This document shows positions 44,905 to 59,447 of a DNA stretch of 64,000 nucleotides, one piece after another (within the stretch, counting starts at the first letter, position 1; each line of letters starts with the position of its first letter). The position numbers were made by a program, and so were the translations under genes. Location: the sequence record MN709127.1; one strand, 5' to 3'. Under the pieces are notes generated by a model. The model was not told the origin of the DNA. It did no database searches and saw only the letters and a program-made list of their open reading frames with translations. Source of the stretch: Escherichia phage Ec_Makalu_002.

Positions 44905-46703
44905 AACAATTAATTAATATCGGTAACGTTGTTGATGACGGTACAGGTGATTATCTAAGAAAAGGTGGTCAAAAGATTAATGACAACTTTTCTGAACTTT
45001 ATACTAAGCTGGGGGATGGTGATATCCCTCATGCATCCGGCGCGTGGAAAACTCACACACAACCAGTATTAAAACCAAATTTTGGTGATGCATGGGCGAT
45101 TAATACAACGAACAACGCTGTTTCTGTTGAATTGCCTAAAGGAAGCGCGAGTGATTATAATAAAACAATTAAACTTCGTGATGTTTGGCGCTCATGGGCT
45201 GCACATAACGTAACGTTGAAGCCAGCACAAGGTGATACCATTAAGGGATCTCCAATCGACCGTGAGTTGTATAAAGATTTCATGGATGTTGAATTGGTTT
45301 ATTGTGCGCCTGGACGTTGGGAATATGTCGAAAATAAACGAGTAGATACTATCACCACTTCCGATTTAAGCACAGTTGCCAAAGAAGTTTATATTGCAAC
45401 CGAAGGACAAACAGACTTCCCTAATGTTTTTGGTTCCAATACTTACAATATTCGAAATGTTGAAGTGTATTATCGCGGTAACTTGCTTTATTATGGCAAG
45501 GATTTAACCGATGATTCTAACTATGGTTCAATCGGTGAAAACGGTGATATTGTTCCGCTGGACGGTAAAAGCATTAAATTACGCTTCCCTTGTTCGGCTG
45601 GTGATACCATTCAAATCATAACTTATATGGACGGTATCGCATCCTTCCGGTCAAGCTATATTACTCATACAATCCGCGTTTATGAAACAGGAATGACCAC
45701 TTTGGAATCCATCCCCGGTGAAGTTTGGGTTGGTGAACTAGCTAATAAGAAAGAATTTACTAATGCTGAATTAGGTGTAAGTAAGCGAGATCTTATTAAT
45801 CCAAATTCATTTGAATTGCTGATCAACGGCACACAAATGATTAAAGCGGGTGATGCGGATTTACCTTCCTTTATTTGTGAAGGCGCTGACGGTGAAACGG
45901 AAGAAACCTGCGTACTTGCTGGCGGTCAATGGGTGGAATCTGGGGAAGATTATTCATTGATGTTCGACGAAAACAGCGTGGTGACTGGTATTAAATTATC
46001 TAAAGCACTAGATAACCGAGATACTATCACAATTCGCTGGTTTAATAATGATATCGGAACATTAATGGAATGGGACGGTGTAGGCGGTATTAAAGAAAAA
46101 GCAGATAAAATCTATCTTAATAACGAAGATGAAGTTACTCTGACAAATCGAATTGAATATACCGATTTCCAAAATCCAAGCCAAGCAACTAAACGCCCAA
46201 TGGAAGATTATACAGGTCGTGTGATGGATATCTATTCCATATTCGATATTTTCTATCCTATAGGCACAATTTATGAAAATGCGCATAACCCAGCTAACCC
46301 AGCGACCTATATGGGATTTGGTACATGGGTACGTTATGCAGAAAAAGAATTTTTAGTTGGTTGGTCTTCTGACGCAAGCGATCAAAACTTCGCACTAAAC
46401 AACAACGATCTTGATACACATGGTCAACCTACACACACCGCAGGTGGTAACGGTGGTGATGTTGCATACCAGATCAAGAAAAATATGATTCCTGAATTAC
46501 AGAGCGACGTTCGAGTTCTTGTAAAAGATGATAACGGAAATATTATCATTGGTGGTTGTCAGGTAGACCCTGATGCAGTAGGTCCAGCGTTTACCAAATA
46601 TCGAGAAGATAATGTTAAAGTTAATCAGGGAAATACCGACCCATCAATGATTGGTATTCTTCCTCCATACAGAACTGTCTATCGTTGGCTAAGGGTAGGT
46701 TAA
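44901..46703 (+). CDS. 10: baseplate wedge protein gp10
   Basis: 600 aa (T4 602); synteny. Confidence 0.8.
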   Translation: MKQLINIGNVVDDGTGDYLRKGGQKINDNFSELYTKLGDGDIPHASGAWKTHTQPVLKPNFGDAWAINTTNNAVSVELPKGSASDYNKTIKLRDVWRSWAAHNVTLKPAQGDTIKGSPIDRELYKDFMDVELVYCAPGRWEYVENKRVDTITTSDLSTVAKEVYIATEGQTDFPNVFGSNTYNIRNVEVYYRGNLLYYGKDLTDDSNYGSIGENGDIVPLDGKSIKLRFPCSAGDTIQIITYMDGIASFRSSYITHTIRVYETGMTTLESIPGEVWVGELANKKEFTNAELGVSKRDLINPNSFELLINGTQMIKAGDADLPSFICEGADGETEETCVLAGGQWVESGEDYSLMFDENSVVTGIKLSKALDNRDTITIRWFNNDIGTLMEWDGVGGIKEKADKIYLNNEDEVTLTNRIEYTDFQNPSQATKRPMEDYTGRVMDIYSIFDIFYPIGTIYENAHNPANPATYMGFGTWVRYAEKEFLVGWSSDASDQNFALNNNDLDTHGQPTHTAGGNGGDVAYQIKKNMIPELQSDVRVLVKDDNGNIIIGGCQVDPDAVGPAFTKYREDNVKVNQGNTDPSMIGILPPYRTVYRWLRVG

Positions 46704-46704
46704 T

Positions 46705-47349
46705 ATGATTTCGAAAACACGTTCAAAAGCTAGTGTATTTTCCAGCGATGCGGCGTTTATTTCATACGATCCAGGATCGAAAGATCCTGTTATCGGTGGT
46801 TCTCGTCCAATTGGTGGCGTTAATGTCGATCAATCAAGAAAAGGTTCCTATGTAAGCAACGTTCAATCTGCAATTGATGACCTTTATTCATTGTCAATGA
46901 TCCGAATTGGTGATGTGTTGGTTACAACCAACTCAACTCCACCACAAGCCGCAGGACAGATTGAAACTCTGTCATTTTCTGGTTCTGTTAACAATCAGCA
47001 TAATCCAGACGCAAACAAAGTATTAATTGATGTTTTGGGTTATCCATTTATTGTTGATGTTGGTTCTTCCGGCGTTTCTCTATGTGAGAAAGTAACGGAA
47101 AAATTTACCGAACTAATGAATAAAAACATTATGTTCAAAGAAGTAAAAAGAAAAGGAAGTAGCAACGACCAATTAGAAATTCATTATATCGATTCTCTTG
47201 AACACCCACCAACCGATATTAACAAGTACGGAATTACAATCACAGGAAATGTTGATTCCCCTTCCCGTGTTGGTTATGGTTCATGGTCTCGCATGGGTAC
47301 AGAAGAGAAATTTGGAACTACCCTATATTATTTCAAACGTATTGCATAA
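46705..47349 (+). CDS. 11: baseplate wedge protein gp11
   Basis: 214 aa (T4 219); synteny. Confidence 0.75.
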   Translation: MISKTRSKASVFSSDAAFISYDPGSKDPVIGGSRPIGGVNVDQSRKGSYVSNVQSAIDDLYSLSMIRIGDVLVTTNSTPPQAAGQIETLSFSGSVNNQHNPDANKVLIDVLGYPFIVDVGSSGVSLCEKVTEKFTELMNKNIMFKEVKRKGSSNDQLEIHYIDSLEHPPTDINKYGITITGNVDSPSRVGYGSWSRMGTEEKFGTTLYYFKRIA

Positions 47350-47360
47350 GGTGATGTATA

Positions 47361-48761
47361 ATGTCAAACAATACTATTAACCATGTAAAAGACGATGCTC
47401 AATACGTCAAGTTTAACCCTGTAAATGATTGGCCTCAAAGCATTACCAACGTACAAGCGGCTTTAGCCGCTATTAATGGCTTTGCCGTAAATGGATTACC
47501 GGACGCTACGGAAGATACAGCCGGGATCGCTGCAATCGCAACTCAGGAAGAAGTAAACGACGGGGTAGTAGACAATAAGATCGTGACTCCAAAAACACTG
47601 GCTGTTAAAATGTCACGTCCAGATGCTACAAAAGAAGTAAAAGGCATTACCCGATTTGCCACAATGGAAGAATCGCTGCAAGAGAGCAACGAGAACATGG
47701 CAATCGGTCCAGACACACTAAACCATTACTTCACCACTAAAAAGGCGTCAGAGAGCGTTCAGGGGACTATTAAGATATGTTCTCTTGAGGCGGCAAAGAT
47801 TGGCAGTGATGACACAATGGCAGTAACACCGAAAAAGATGCACACTGCCATTGCACAGATTGTACCGGGATTAATTCCAGATCAAAACACAGCAACCGAA
47901 AGCGCACAGGGTTTAGTTCAGTTAGCAACCAGTGCGCAGGTTTTACAAGGCCAGATTCGAGAAGGTTTTGCAATTAGTCCTTATGCATTTGCAAATGCTC
48001 GCGCCAATGAGAATCAGGCGGGTACTGTTAAGATCGCCAGTCAGTCACAGATGAATGCTGGTTCAGATGATACTGTAGTTGTTTCTGCTAAGAAGTTTGC
48101 AAGCACTAAGGCAACAACGTCTCAATACGGTATTGTTAAACTACGAGACACCGTAGGAAGTGAGGCTAATGCTGCACTATCAGCAAATGCTAAGGTTCTT
48201 CCTAGCACTGGCGGTACGGTAAGCGGAAACGTCTATAAAGGTTCAAACTCAGACGGCAACCAGTTTGTTACTAAAAATGAATTAGCGAATCACGCAATGC
48301 CAATTGGTGGTATTATCCTTTCTGGATTCAATGCCGACCGAGGTGACTTTCTGATCTGTAATGGTCGTTCACTGAATAAAAATCAATATCCGCAATTATT
48401 TTCTGCGATTGGTTATACCTTTGGTGGTTCAGGTGACAATTTTAACATTCCTGATATGCGCGGTTTAGTTGCTCGTGGTTGCGATCATGGAAGAAACCTT
48501 GATCCAGGTCGTCGATTTGGTTCTTATCAAGAAGACGCAATGCAGAGAATTACTGGTAAATTCCCTGTAGCTGACCGCTGGCGCGGTTGGTATGGTGGCG
48601 CATTTACTGCACAGCGCGGTCAATGGAGCACGAACTATAAAAATGGTGGGGGTGATGATTGGGGTTCTACTGTTAACTTTGACTCAGGAAGATCCGTAAG
48701 AACGGCTAACGAGACTCGCGTCAAGAGTCTGGCATTAAACTATATCATAAGGGTGCGCTAA
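47361..48761 (+). CDS. 12: short tail fiber protein gp12
   Basis: 466 aa; Gly/Thr/Ala-rich repetitive fibre sequence; synteny. Confidence 0.75.
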   Translation: MSNNTINHVKDDAQYVKFNPVNDWPQSITNVQAALAAINGFAVNGLPDATEDTAGIAAIATQEEVNDGVVDNKIVTPKTLAVKMSRPDATKEVKGITRFATMEESLQESNENMAIGPDTLNHYFTTKKASESVQGTIKICSLEAAKIGSDDTMAVTPKKMHTAIAQIVPGLIPDQNTATESAQGLVQLATSAQVLQGQIREGFAISPYAFANARANENQAGTVKIASQSQMNAGSDDTVVVSAKKFASTKATTSQYGIVKLRDTVGSEANAALSANAKVLPSTGGTVSGNVYKGSNSDGNQFVTKNELANHAMPIGGIILSGFNADRGDFLICNGRSLNKNQYPQLFSAIGYTFGGSGDNFNIPDMRGLVARGCDHGRNLDPGRRFGSYQEDAMQRITGKFPVADRWRGWYGGAFTAQRGQWSTNYKNGGGDDWGSTVNFDSGRSVRTANETRVKSLALNYIIRVR

Positions 48762-50530
48762 TGATTGAACAATTAAACATCCACGAGATCCCACACGTTG
48801 ACGGTGTACCAAGCGAAGGACAGCACCGTATTAATTGGATCAAGAATGGCGAATGTTTAAGCGCAGCAACGACACAGACTGGCAATGACGGGACGCTTAA
48901 CCGCGCCCCGGTTGCAATTCAAGAAAACGTTGCACGCGTAAACGAAAACGCAAAATCAACCGTCGCTAAAGTTAACGAGGTTGTAACGGCGGTTAACGAT
49001 ATTAAAACAACTTTAGGGGTAATTTCTGACGGAAGTATCATTGATGTGGTTAACCAGACTGTCGCAAAAGTTGAATCCGTCGAAGAGAACTTAGGAGAAA
49101 CAGCAAGAACTCTGCAAACAACGGTAGACGCTGTATCAGAACTTAACATCAAGATTGGTGATCGCCCCGCTGCCGATCCGAGCACAAGAACAATCTATGA
49201 TGACATTTCTTTCATCAAACAAGAAATGGGTTCTTATCCTAACTTTAATATCAATGGTTCCCCTGATGCTGGCAGTTCCGGTTCTGGCATCAAATACCGA
49301 GTTATTCAGAATACCGCAGCATTAAATGACCACGGTCGCCGAATCGTTCAGCTTGAAAACGACTGGCAAGATTCTGACGTAGGCGAGTTAACAAGACAAG
49401 TTAACAAAATGCGCAGTGAGATCGGCGACACGTCTCTTGCCACACAAGAAAATGTGTATGTTCGTCTCCGCACCAACGCAAGAAACATTGCTAACCTATC
49501 AAACGAAGTTCTAGAAGTCAAGAAAGCAATTTTGTTTGATTCAATCCCTGATATCGGGACTAAAGTCACTACGCTGGGCACTAATTATGAACTTCTAAAC
49601 AATGATGTTAATGGTGTAGATTCCGGTATTCGTCCTCGTCTTCTGGCTGTCGAGAATAAGATCGGAACGCCTCAATCGGCAGGAAGCATTGATTATCGAT
49701 TAACCAACACAGAGCGAGAATTTTTAGATCTTAAACAGGTTGTTGGTGTAAGCGGTGCTGACGGTTTGCGCGGTGAAGTTGTTCGACTTTCCAATGAGAT
49801 TGGCACTGACAGCGATCGACATACTCTAGCCGGACGTATTAAAGTTGTAGAAAACACTCAGGGTCGGTTAGAAGCAAGCGTACAGGACATGGAACAGCTT
49901 GTAGGTGATCGCGAATCAGGTTTGACCGCTGGCGTTATTAAACTATCAAGTGATATCTATGGCGATGATGGTTCAGAAGATCCATTTACTCAGAAAGGCG
50001 TGATTAAAATCGTCAAAGAGCTACAAACATCTAACGGAAACAAAGTAGATGATGTACCTGATGACGGTTTCCATTATCTTCGTAAACGCGGAGAATGGGT
50101 GCAAGTTGCATATGCTGCTGGAGCATTTAAAAATACCGCAGATATTACGGTTGAACTTGACGAACAGGATGTTTATAAACAGATTCCACTTAACGACATG
50201 GCGGCAGAAGTTAATGCTCGTCAAATGGTTAAGAGCGAATCTCTTGTTACGGTTAACGACAAAGGCTTATTCCGTTGTGATTTCCGTTGTTCTGTAAATG
50301 CGGCACATAACGCTACTTTCGTAGTCGGTATTGCTAAAAATGGTCTGATTGTACATGAGGTACGAAATGGTCATTATGGAGCTGATGATTTAATTAGCTA
50401 TTCTACCAGTGCTTTCCTAAATATTGAAAAGGGCGACCGGATCGATATTCGCATTAAGGGCGTATCCGAAGAAGCATTAGCGCAACAGCTACAAATTAAA
50501 GAGTTCCTCTTTGGAATTTCTCCGGTATAA
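48761..50530 (+). CDS. wac: fibritin (whisker, neck) with foldon-like segment plus extra C-terminal globular domain
   Basis: 589 aa; long coiled coil; foldon-like PDDGFHYLRKRGEWVQV; ~140 aa C-terminal extension. Confidence 0.75.
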   Translation: MIEQLNIHEIPHVDGVPSEGQHRINWIKNGECLSAATTQTGNDGTLNRAPVAIQENVARVNENAKSTVAKVNEVVTAVNDIKTTLGVISDGSIIDVVNQTVAKVESVEENLGETARTLQTTVDAVSELNIKIGDRPAADPSTRTIYDDISFIKQEMGSYPNFNINGSPDAGSSGSGIKYRVIQNTAALNDHGRRIVQLENDWQDSDVGELTRQVNKMRSEIGDTSLATQENVYVRLRTNARNIANLSNEVLEVKKAILFDSIPDIGTKVTTLGTNYELLNNDVNGVDSGIRPRLLAVENKIGTPQSAGSIDYRLTNTEREFLDLKQVVGVSGADGLRGEVVRLSNEIGTDSDRHTLAGRIKVVENTQGRLEASVQDMEQLVGDRESGLTAGVIKLSSDIYGDDGSEDPFTQKGVIKIVKELQTSNGNKVDDVPDDGFHYLRKRGEWVQVAYAAGAFKNTADITVELDEQDVYKQIPLNDMAAEVNARQMVKSESLVTVNDKGLFRCDFRCSVNAAHNATFVVGIAKNGLIVHEVRNGHYGADDLISYSTSAFLNIEKGDRIDIRIKGVSEEALAQQLQIKEFLFGISPV

Positions 50531-50538
50531 GAAATTAA

Positions 50539-50565
50539 AGGGGCGTTAAGCCCCTTTTCCGTTTA
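50539..50565 (+). terminator. terminator/attenuator hairpin after wac
   Basis: Hairpin aggggc-guuaa-gccccu followed by UUUCCGUUU. Confidence 0.45.
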
Positions 50566-50576
50566 TAGGTGATATT

Positions 50577-51509
50577 ATGTCAGGATATGTAACCAATAAC
50601 CCAAGAGAATTAAAAGACGCTATTCTGCGTCGTTTAGGCGCACCAGTAATTAACGTAGAAGTCACAGAAGACCAGATTTACGATTGTATTCAGAGAGCAC
50701 TAGAACTCTATGGGGAATATCATTTCGATGGTGTGAATAAAGGATATAAAGTATTTCGTGTTAGTGCAGAGCAAGCGCAACATGGGGTATTTGATTTAAG
50801 CGATTCTGGAGTATTTGCAGTAACTAAAATAATTCGAACAAACGTAGGTAGCGCGGCTACGATGGATGGCACTGCCGTTTATCCGTGGTTTACCGACTTT
50901 CTGTTGGGTTTAGCTGGTGTAAATGGCGGTTTAGGATCTGGATGTAGTAAATTTTATGGTCCAAATGCAATGGGCGGTGATCTAGGATATTTCGAACAGC
51001 TTATGAGCTATCGAGCCACTATGCAAAATATGCTTAATCCACTGCCAGACTATTGGTATAATAGCGCAAACGGACAACTTAAGATTACAGGAAACTTCCG
51101 AGAAGGTGATCTCATTGTTGTTGAATTATATGTTAAAAGCTATGTAGACGTTCCTGATATGATCGGCGCGGTTGCTGGTTATGCTCATGCTGGAGGATGT
51201 TCTACCGCTGGCGGGATTAGCGCCGTTTATGATAATCCAACTGCTGGTTTAAGCGGGATTGTTGCTGGCATGGGACCGATCAGTGAGAACAAGCAGGGCG
51301 CATATAATAACCGTTGGGTTAAAGACATGGCAACCGCTTTCACTAAGGAGGTGTGGGGGTCCATCATGGCTAAACATCAAGGTCTGCAATTACCAGGTGG
51401 TGTCACTGTTGATGGTATCCGAATCATTGAAGAAGCACGCGCCGACATTGAGAAATTGCGACAAGAACTACTTGACTTAGATCCACCATTTGGTATACTA
51501 ATGATATAA
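50577..51509 (+). CDS. 13: neck protein gp13
   Basis: 310 aa (T4 309); synteny. Confidence 0.8.
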   Translation: MSGYVTNNPRELKDAILRRLGAPVINVEVTEDQIYDCIQRALELYGEYHFDGVNKGYKVFRVSAEQAQHGVFDLSDSGVFAVTKIIRTNVGSAATMDGTAVYPWFTDFLLGLAGVNGGLGSGCSKFYGPNAMGGDLGYFEQLMSYRATMQNMLNPLPDYWYNSANGQLKITGNFREGDLIVVELYVKSYVDVPDMIGAVAGYAHAGGCSTAGGISAVYDNPTAGLSGIVAGMGPISENKQGAYNNRWVKDMATAFTKEVWGSIMAKHQGLQLPGGVTVDGIRIIEEARADIEKLRQELLDLDPPFGILMI

Positions 51510-51562
51510 AATAAATATGGGTATATGATAACATATACCCTATGTAATATCGGAGATACTAA

Positions 51563-52378
51563 ATGGAACATTATGTATACAAAATAACCAACAAAATAAA
51601 CGATAAGATTTATGTCGGTGTTCGGTCTTGTGATGGATTAGCCGAAGACGATACAAAATACATGGGAAGTGGAAAAATAATAAAACAAGCTATTAAACAT
51701 CATGGATTAGAAAATTTCACCAAAGAGATATTGTCAAAATTTGATAGCAGAGAAGATGCGGATAAAGAAGAGTCAAGGATTGTTACGGTTGATTTTGTCA
51801 AGAGAGAAGACACGTATAATATAGCAGAAGGCGGTGGAACTGTTTGTATGTGGAAGGTTTCTGATGAAGCAAAGATAGAAGAAATGAGAAAAAAGATCTC
51901 AGAGAAAAATACTGGAAGAAAACATACTAAAGATACAAGACAAAAGATGTCCGCATCTCAAAAGGGAAGGAAGCATACGGAAGAAACAAAAGAAAAGATG
52001 AGGCAAAATAACTTAGGAAAAGTTATTGCAGAAGAGACAAAAGAAAAGTTAAGGATGATTAATTTAGGAAAAAGACACACAGAAGAAACGCGAAGAAAAA
52101 TGTCTGATTCACATAAGGGTCTATCCTTATCCGATGAGGTGAAGGATAAGATAAGACAAAAACACACAGGACGTGTTTTTACTAAAGAATGGAGAGAAAG
52201 AATTAGCAAATCTAGAATCGGAATAACTAGCACTAGATCAAGAAGAATAAGCATCAACGGAGTGATATACAATAGCATAGGAGAAGCTGTTATAAAATTA
52301 AACGTTAAGAGAGGATTGATTGTCGGAAGACTTAAATCAAATACCGATAAAAACAAAAATTATTTCTTCGTAGATTAA
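51563..52378 (+). CDS. free-standing GIY-YIG homing endonuclease (Seg-like)
   Basis: 271 aa; N-terminal YVYKITNKINDKIYVGV GIY-YIG motif; repeated KGxKHTEETKEKM NUMOD3-like units. Confidence 0.75.
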   Translation: MEHYVYKITNKINDKIYVGVRSCDGLAEDDTKYMGSGKIIKQAIKHHGLENFTKEILSKFDSREDADKEESRIVTVDFVKREDTYNIAEGGGTVCMWKVSDEAKIEEMRKKISEKNTGRKHTKDTRQKMSASQKGRKHTEETKEKMRQNNLGKVIAEETKEKLRMINLGKRHTEETRRKMSDSHKGLSLSDEVKDKIRQKHTGRVFTKEWRERISKSRIGITSTRSRRISINGVIYNSIGEAVIKLNVKRGLIVGRLKSNTDKNKNYFFVD

Positions 52379-52414
52379 TAAATTGGGGGAGTATTCCCCC
52401 ATTTGGAGTAACAT

Positions 52415-53155
52415 ATGTTTAACAACACTCTTTTTGCTCGCCTTGAATCGCAAAAGGATTATGAGAATACACGACAAACAGAGATTCTCAATCCTTATGT
52501 GAACTTTCACAAATATACAAATACTCAGACGTTAGCCGACGTTATGGTCGCCGAAGCTATTCAGATGCGAGGTGTAGAATTATATTACATCCCTCGTGAA
52601 TTTGTCAAACCAGATATGATCTTTGGTGAGGATGTTCAAAGCAAATTTACTAAAGCATGGAAATTTGCGGCTTATATTAACTCATTTGATGGGTATGAAG
52701 GAGCGGGTAATTTCTTCTCTAGTTTCGGGTATCAAGCTAATGATGAATTAACCATAACCATAAATCCAAATTTATTCAAACATCAAGTAGATAACCAAGA
52801 GCCTAAATCCGGTGATTTATTTTACATTCCTATGAGCAATGATTTATTTGAAATCTCATATGTAGAGCCATATCAGCCGTTTTTTCAGGCTGGCAAAAAT
52901 GCCATGCGTAAAATTATTGCAGAGAAATTCGTGTATAGCGGTGAGGAATTGCGACCAGAATTACAACGCAATGAGGGAATTAATGTTGATGAGTTTGCGG
53001 ATCTGGATCTTGCACCGATCACTAATCTGGACGGGTTAACAGATATCAACTTAGATCAGTACAAAGAAGATAAGCAATTCAGAAGCGAAGGACAAGATTT
53101 TATTGACCCATTTGACCCAATTAATGGCACTGGTTCACCTTTTGCTAATTTTTGA
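52415..53155 (+). CDS. 14: neck protein gp14
   Basis: 246 aa (T4 256); synteny. Confidence 0.75.
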   Translation: MFNNTLFARLESQKDYENTRQTEILNPYVNFHKYTNTQTLADVMVAEAIQMRGVELYYIPREFVKPDMIFGEDVQSKFTKAWKFAAYINSFDGYEGAGNFFSSFGYQANDELTITINPNLFKHQVDNQEPKSGDLFYIPMSNDLFEISYVEPYQPFFQAGKNAMRKIIAEKFVYSGEELRPELQRNEGINVDEFADLDLAPITNLDGLTDINLDQYKEDKQFRSEGQDFIDPFDPINGTGSPFANF

Positions 53156-54015
53156 TAAATACTCATAAACAAGGGGGTCAAATGTTCGGTTGGCACTATA
53201 ATTCGTCAATTAGAAGGTATATTGTATTGCTGGGTAATTTATTTTCCGGCGTACAAATTAAAAGGGTGCGTAGTGACGGTGAGCGTTTTATTAAAGTTCC
53301 TATCACCTACGCAAAGAAAGAAAAATTCATGATGAGTCTGGACAAATATAACAATATCTTAAGCGAGGAAGACGTCGCAAAGGTAGAAACTATTTTACCT
53401 CGTATGTGTCTTTCTTTGATTGATATGACATACGCCCAGAACTTTAAAACCAATATTGCAAATAAGACAGTACCAAAATATACGGCTGATGGAATCAGGA
53501 GCGTAACACAATATAACCCCGTACCATATAAGTTTACTTTCGAGTTAGGGATTTATACGCGTAACGAAGATGATATGTTTCAGATAATTGAACAGATTCT
53601 TCCTTACTTCCAGCCTCATTTTAACTGTAAGATTAAAGAACTACACGGTAATGATGTATGGATTGATCGAGATATTCAGGTCACAATTAGTTCTATTACT
53701 CCAGATGAACAGGTAGGCGAAGATAAGTTTTCTCGTCGTCGTCTTGAGTGGACCATTATGTTTGAGTTCATCGGGTTTATCTATCCTCCAGCCACCGACG
53801 TTAAGGGGGAAATCAGAACGATTTATCTTGATTTTCATGCTAATTCTCGTGAATTAAATCCTAGCGGTAATTTTGAATCTGTGGATCATGAAGTTGTTAA
53901 ACGTGATGTTGAGCAAGAAGAATGGGACGGAACTATCAAAGAATCATATTCTAGTGATATTCCAATACCAGTTGCACCGACTCCACCGGGTCCACGTATT
54001 GTAAGAGAATTTTAA
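53152..54015 (+). CDS. 15: tail sheath stabilizer / tail completion protein gp15
   Basis: 287 aa (T4 272); synteny. Confidence 0.75.
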   Translation: MINTHKQGGQMFGWHYNSSIRRYIVLLGNLFSGVQIKRVRSDGERFIKVPITYAKKEKFMMSLDKYNNILSEEDVAKVETILPRMCLSLIDMTYAQNFKTNIANKTVPKYTADGIRSVTQYNPVPYKFTFELGIYTRNEDDMFQIIEQILPYFQPHFNCKIKELHGNDVWIDRDIQVTISSITPDEQVGEDKFSRRRLEWTIMFEFIGFIYPPATDVKGEIRTIYLDFHANSRELNPSGNFESVDHEVVKRDVEQEEWDGTIKESYSSDIPIPVAPTPPGPRIVREF

Positions 54016-54028
54016 GAGGTAATTTATT

Positions 54029-57339
<3,311 letters not shown>

Positions 57340-57373
57340 ATACGATAATGCATAAAAAGATGAGGAAATTCTA

Positions 57374-59374
57374 ATGACTCTATTATCACCGGGTTTCGAA
57401 ACGAAAGAAACTACTCTCTCCACTACCATTGTGCAATCTGCGACTGGTCGCGCGGCACTGGTAGGTAAATTCCAATGGGGTCCAGCTTTCCAGATTATTC
57501 AAGTAACTAATGAAGTTGAATTAGTTAATAAATTTGGTCAGCCGGATAATAACACCGCAGACTATTTCATGAGCGGGGCTAACTTCCTCCAGTACGGTAA
57601 TGATCTGCGTGTTGTTCGTGTATTGAATAAAGAAAAAGCGAAAAACGCAACCGCACTGGCTGGTAACATCGAGTTTGAAATCACAAACGAAGGTTCAAAC
57701 TATGAAGTAGGCGATACCATCAAGATTAAACATAACCGTCAAGATATTGAAACGGCAGGTAAAGTAACTAAAGTTGATGGTGATGGTAAAGTTAAGGGCG
57801 TATTTATCCCAACTGGTAAAATTATCGCTCACGCTAAAGCAATCGGTGTATATCCAGAACTTGATGGCGGTTGGACGGCAGAGTTCACTTCTTCGTCAGG
57901 TAACGGTAGTGCGGCGCTGTCAGTAACTAAAATTGTTACTGATTCCGGTCTTCTGTTAACGGATCTGGAAACTTCCCGCGCCAATATCACAAATCAAACT
58001 TTCTTGACTAAACTCCAGAAGTATGATATGCCAGCGGTAAGCGCGATCTATGCTGGTGAGATTGGCAACTCGCTGGAAGTTGAAATTCTGGCACGTAGTG
58101 CGTTTAAGAACACTGCACCGGATCTGACCATGTATCCTTATGGTGGCGAGCGCACCGCAGCACGCAACCTGATTCCATATGCACCGCAGAATGATAATCA
58201 ATATGCATTTATTGTTCGTCGCGATGGTGTTGTGGTAGAATCCTATGTACTGTCTACTCTGAAAGGGGATAAAGACGTATACGGCAATTCTATCTACATG
58301 GACGACTTCTTTGCTCGTGGTTCTAGCCAGTACATCTATGCAACCGCTCAAGGGTGGGTAGATGGTTTCAGTGGTATTATCTCTCTTGCTGGTGGTGTTT
58401 CTGCTAACGAGGCAACGACTGGTGGAGTTGGTGCTGATCCGTTCATCGGTGCGATGATGCAAGGTTGGGATCTGTTTGCTGAACGTGAATCTATTCACGT
58501 AAACCTTCTGATCGCTGGTGCATGTGCTGGCGAAGGCGATGCGTTCTCTACCGTACAGAAACATGCTGTTTCCATCGGTGATGAGCGTCAGGATTGCTTA
58601 GTAATGGTTTCTCCGCCGCGTAGCACTGTTGTTAATATTCCGGTGACTACTGCAATTGATAATCTGATTGCATGGCGCGAAGGTTCAGGAAACTATAATG
58701 AAAACAACATGAACATTAATACCACTTACGCGGTTATTGATGGTAACTACAAATATCAGTATGACAAATACAACGACGTAAACCGTTGGGTTCCGTTGGC
58801 TGCTGATATTGCTGGTTTGTGCGCTCGTACTGATGCTGTATCCCAGCCGTGGATGAGTCCGGCAGGTTATAACCGTGGTCAGATCATGAACGTGGTTAAA
58901 CTGGCAATTGAGCCTCGCAAGGCGCACCGCGATCGTCTGTATCAGGCCGCAATTAACCCGGTGATCGGTGCTGGTGGTGAAGGGTTTATCCTGATGGGTG
59001 ATAAAACCGCTACGACTGTTCCCAGCCCGTTTGACCGCATTAACGTTCGTCGTCTGTTTAACATGCTGAAAAAGAATATCGGCGATTCAAGCAAATACAA
59101 ACTGTTTGAAAACAACGATAACTTTACTCGCGCTTCTTTCCGTATGGAGGTTTCGCAATATCTCAGCACGATTCGCTCTCTGGGCGGCATTTATGACTTC
59201 CGAGTACAATGCGACACCACGAATAACACGCCGGATGTAATTGATCGTAACGAATTTGTTGCTAGTATGTTCATCAAACCAGCAAAATCGATCAACTATA
59301 TCATGCTCAATTTCACTGCTGTTGCAACGGGTTCTGATTTTGACGAAATTATCGGTCCAGCTAACCAGGCATAA
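57374..59374 (+). CDS. 18: tail sheath protein gp18
   Basis: 666 aa; N-terminus MTLLSPGFETKETT and C-terminal region match T4 gp18 closely as recalled. Confidence 0.95.
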   Translation: MTLLSPGFETKETTLSTTIVQSATGRAALVGKFQWGPAFQIIQVTNEVELVNKFGQPDNNTADYFMSGANFLQYGNDLRVVRVLNKEKAKNATALAGNIEFEITNEGSNYEVGDTIKIKHNRQDIETAGKVTKVDGDGKVKGVFIPTGKIIAHAKAIGVYPELDGGWTAEFTSSSGNGSAALSVTKIVTDSGLLLTDLETSRANITNQTFLTKLQKYDMPAVSAIYAGEIGNSLEVEILARSAFKNTAPDLTMYPYGGERTAARNLIPYAPQNDNQYAFIVRRDGVVVESYVLSTLKGDKDVYGNSIYMDDFFARGSSQYIYATAQGWVDGFSGIISLAGGVSANEATTGGVGADPFIGAMMQGWDLFAERESIHVNLLIAGACAGEGDAFSTVQKHAVSIGDERQDCLVMVSPPRSTVVNIPVTTAIDNLIAWREGSGNYNENNMNINTTYAVIDGNYKYQYDKYNDVNRWVPLAADIAGLCARTDAVSQPWMSPAGYNRGQIMNVVKLAIEPRKAHRDRLYQAAINPVIGAGGEGFILMGDKTATTVPSPFDRINVRRLFNMLKKNIGDSSKYKLFENNDNFTRASFRMEVSQYLSTIRSLGGIYDFRVQCDTTNNTPDVIDRNEFVASMFIKPAKSINYIMLNFTAVATGSDFDEIIGPANQA

Positions 59375-59408
59375 TCAGTAAATTAGCATAGATTAAAAGT
59401 TAAGTCAA

Positions 59409-59427
59409 GCGGGGAGAAAATCCCCGC
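59409..59427 (+). promoter_or_regulatory. intergenic RNA stem-loop between genes 18 and 19
   Basis: gcggggagaaaatccccgc (7 bp GC-rich stem); near-identical copy after gene 19. Confidence 0.45.
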
Positions 59428-59447
59428 TCTATTAAGGAATATCAATT

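Noticed and set aside
57956-58564. 202 aa minus-strand ORF inside gene 18
   Set aside because: Entirely embedded in the strongly supported tail sheath gene on the opposite strand; no start signals.
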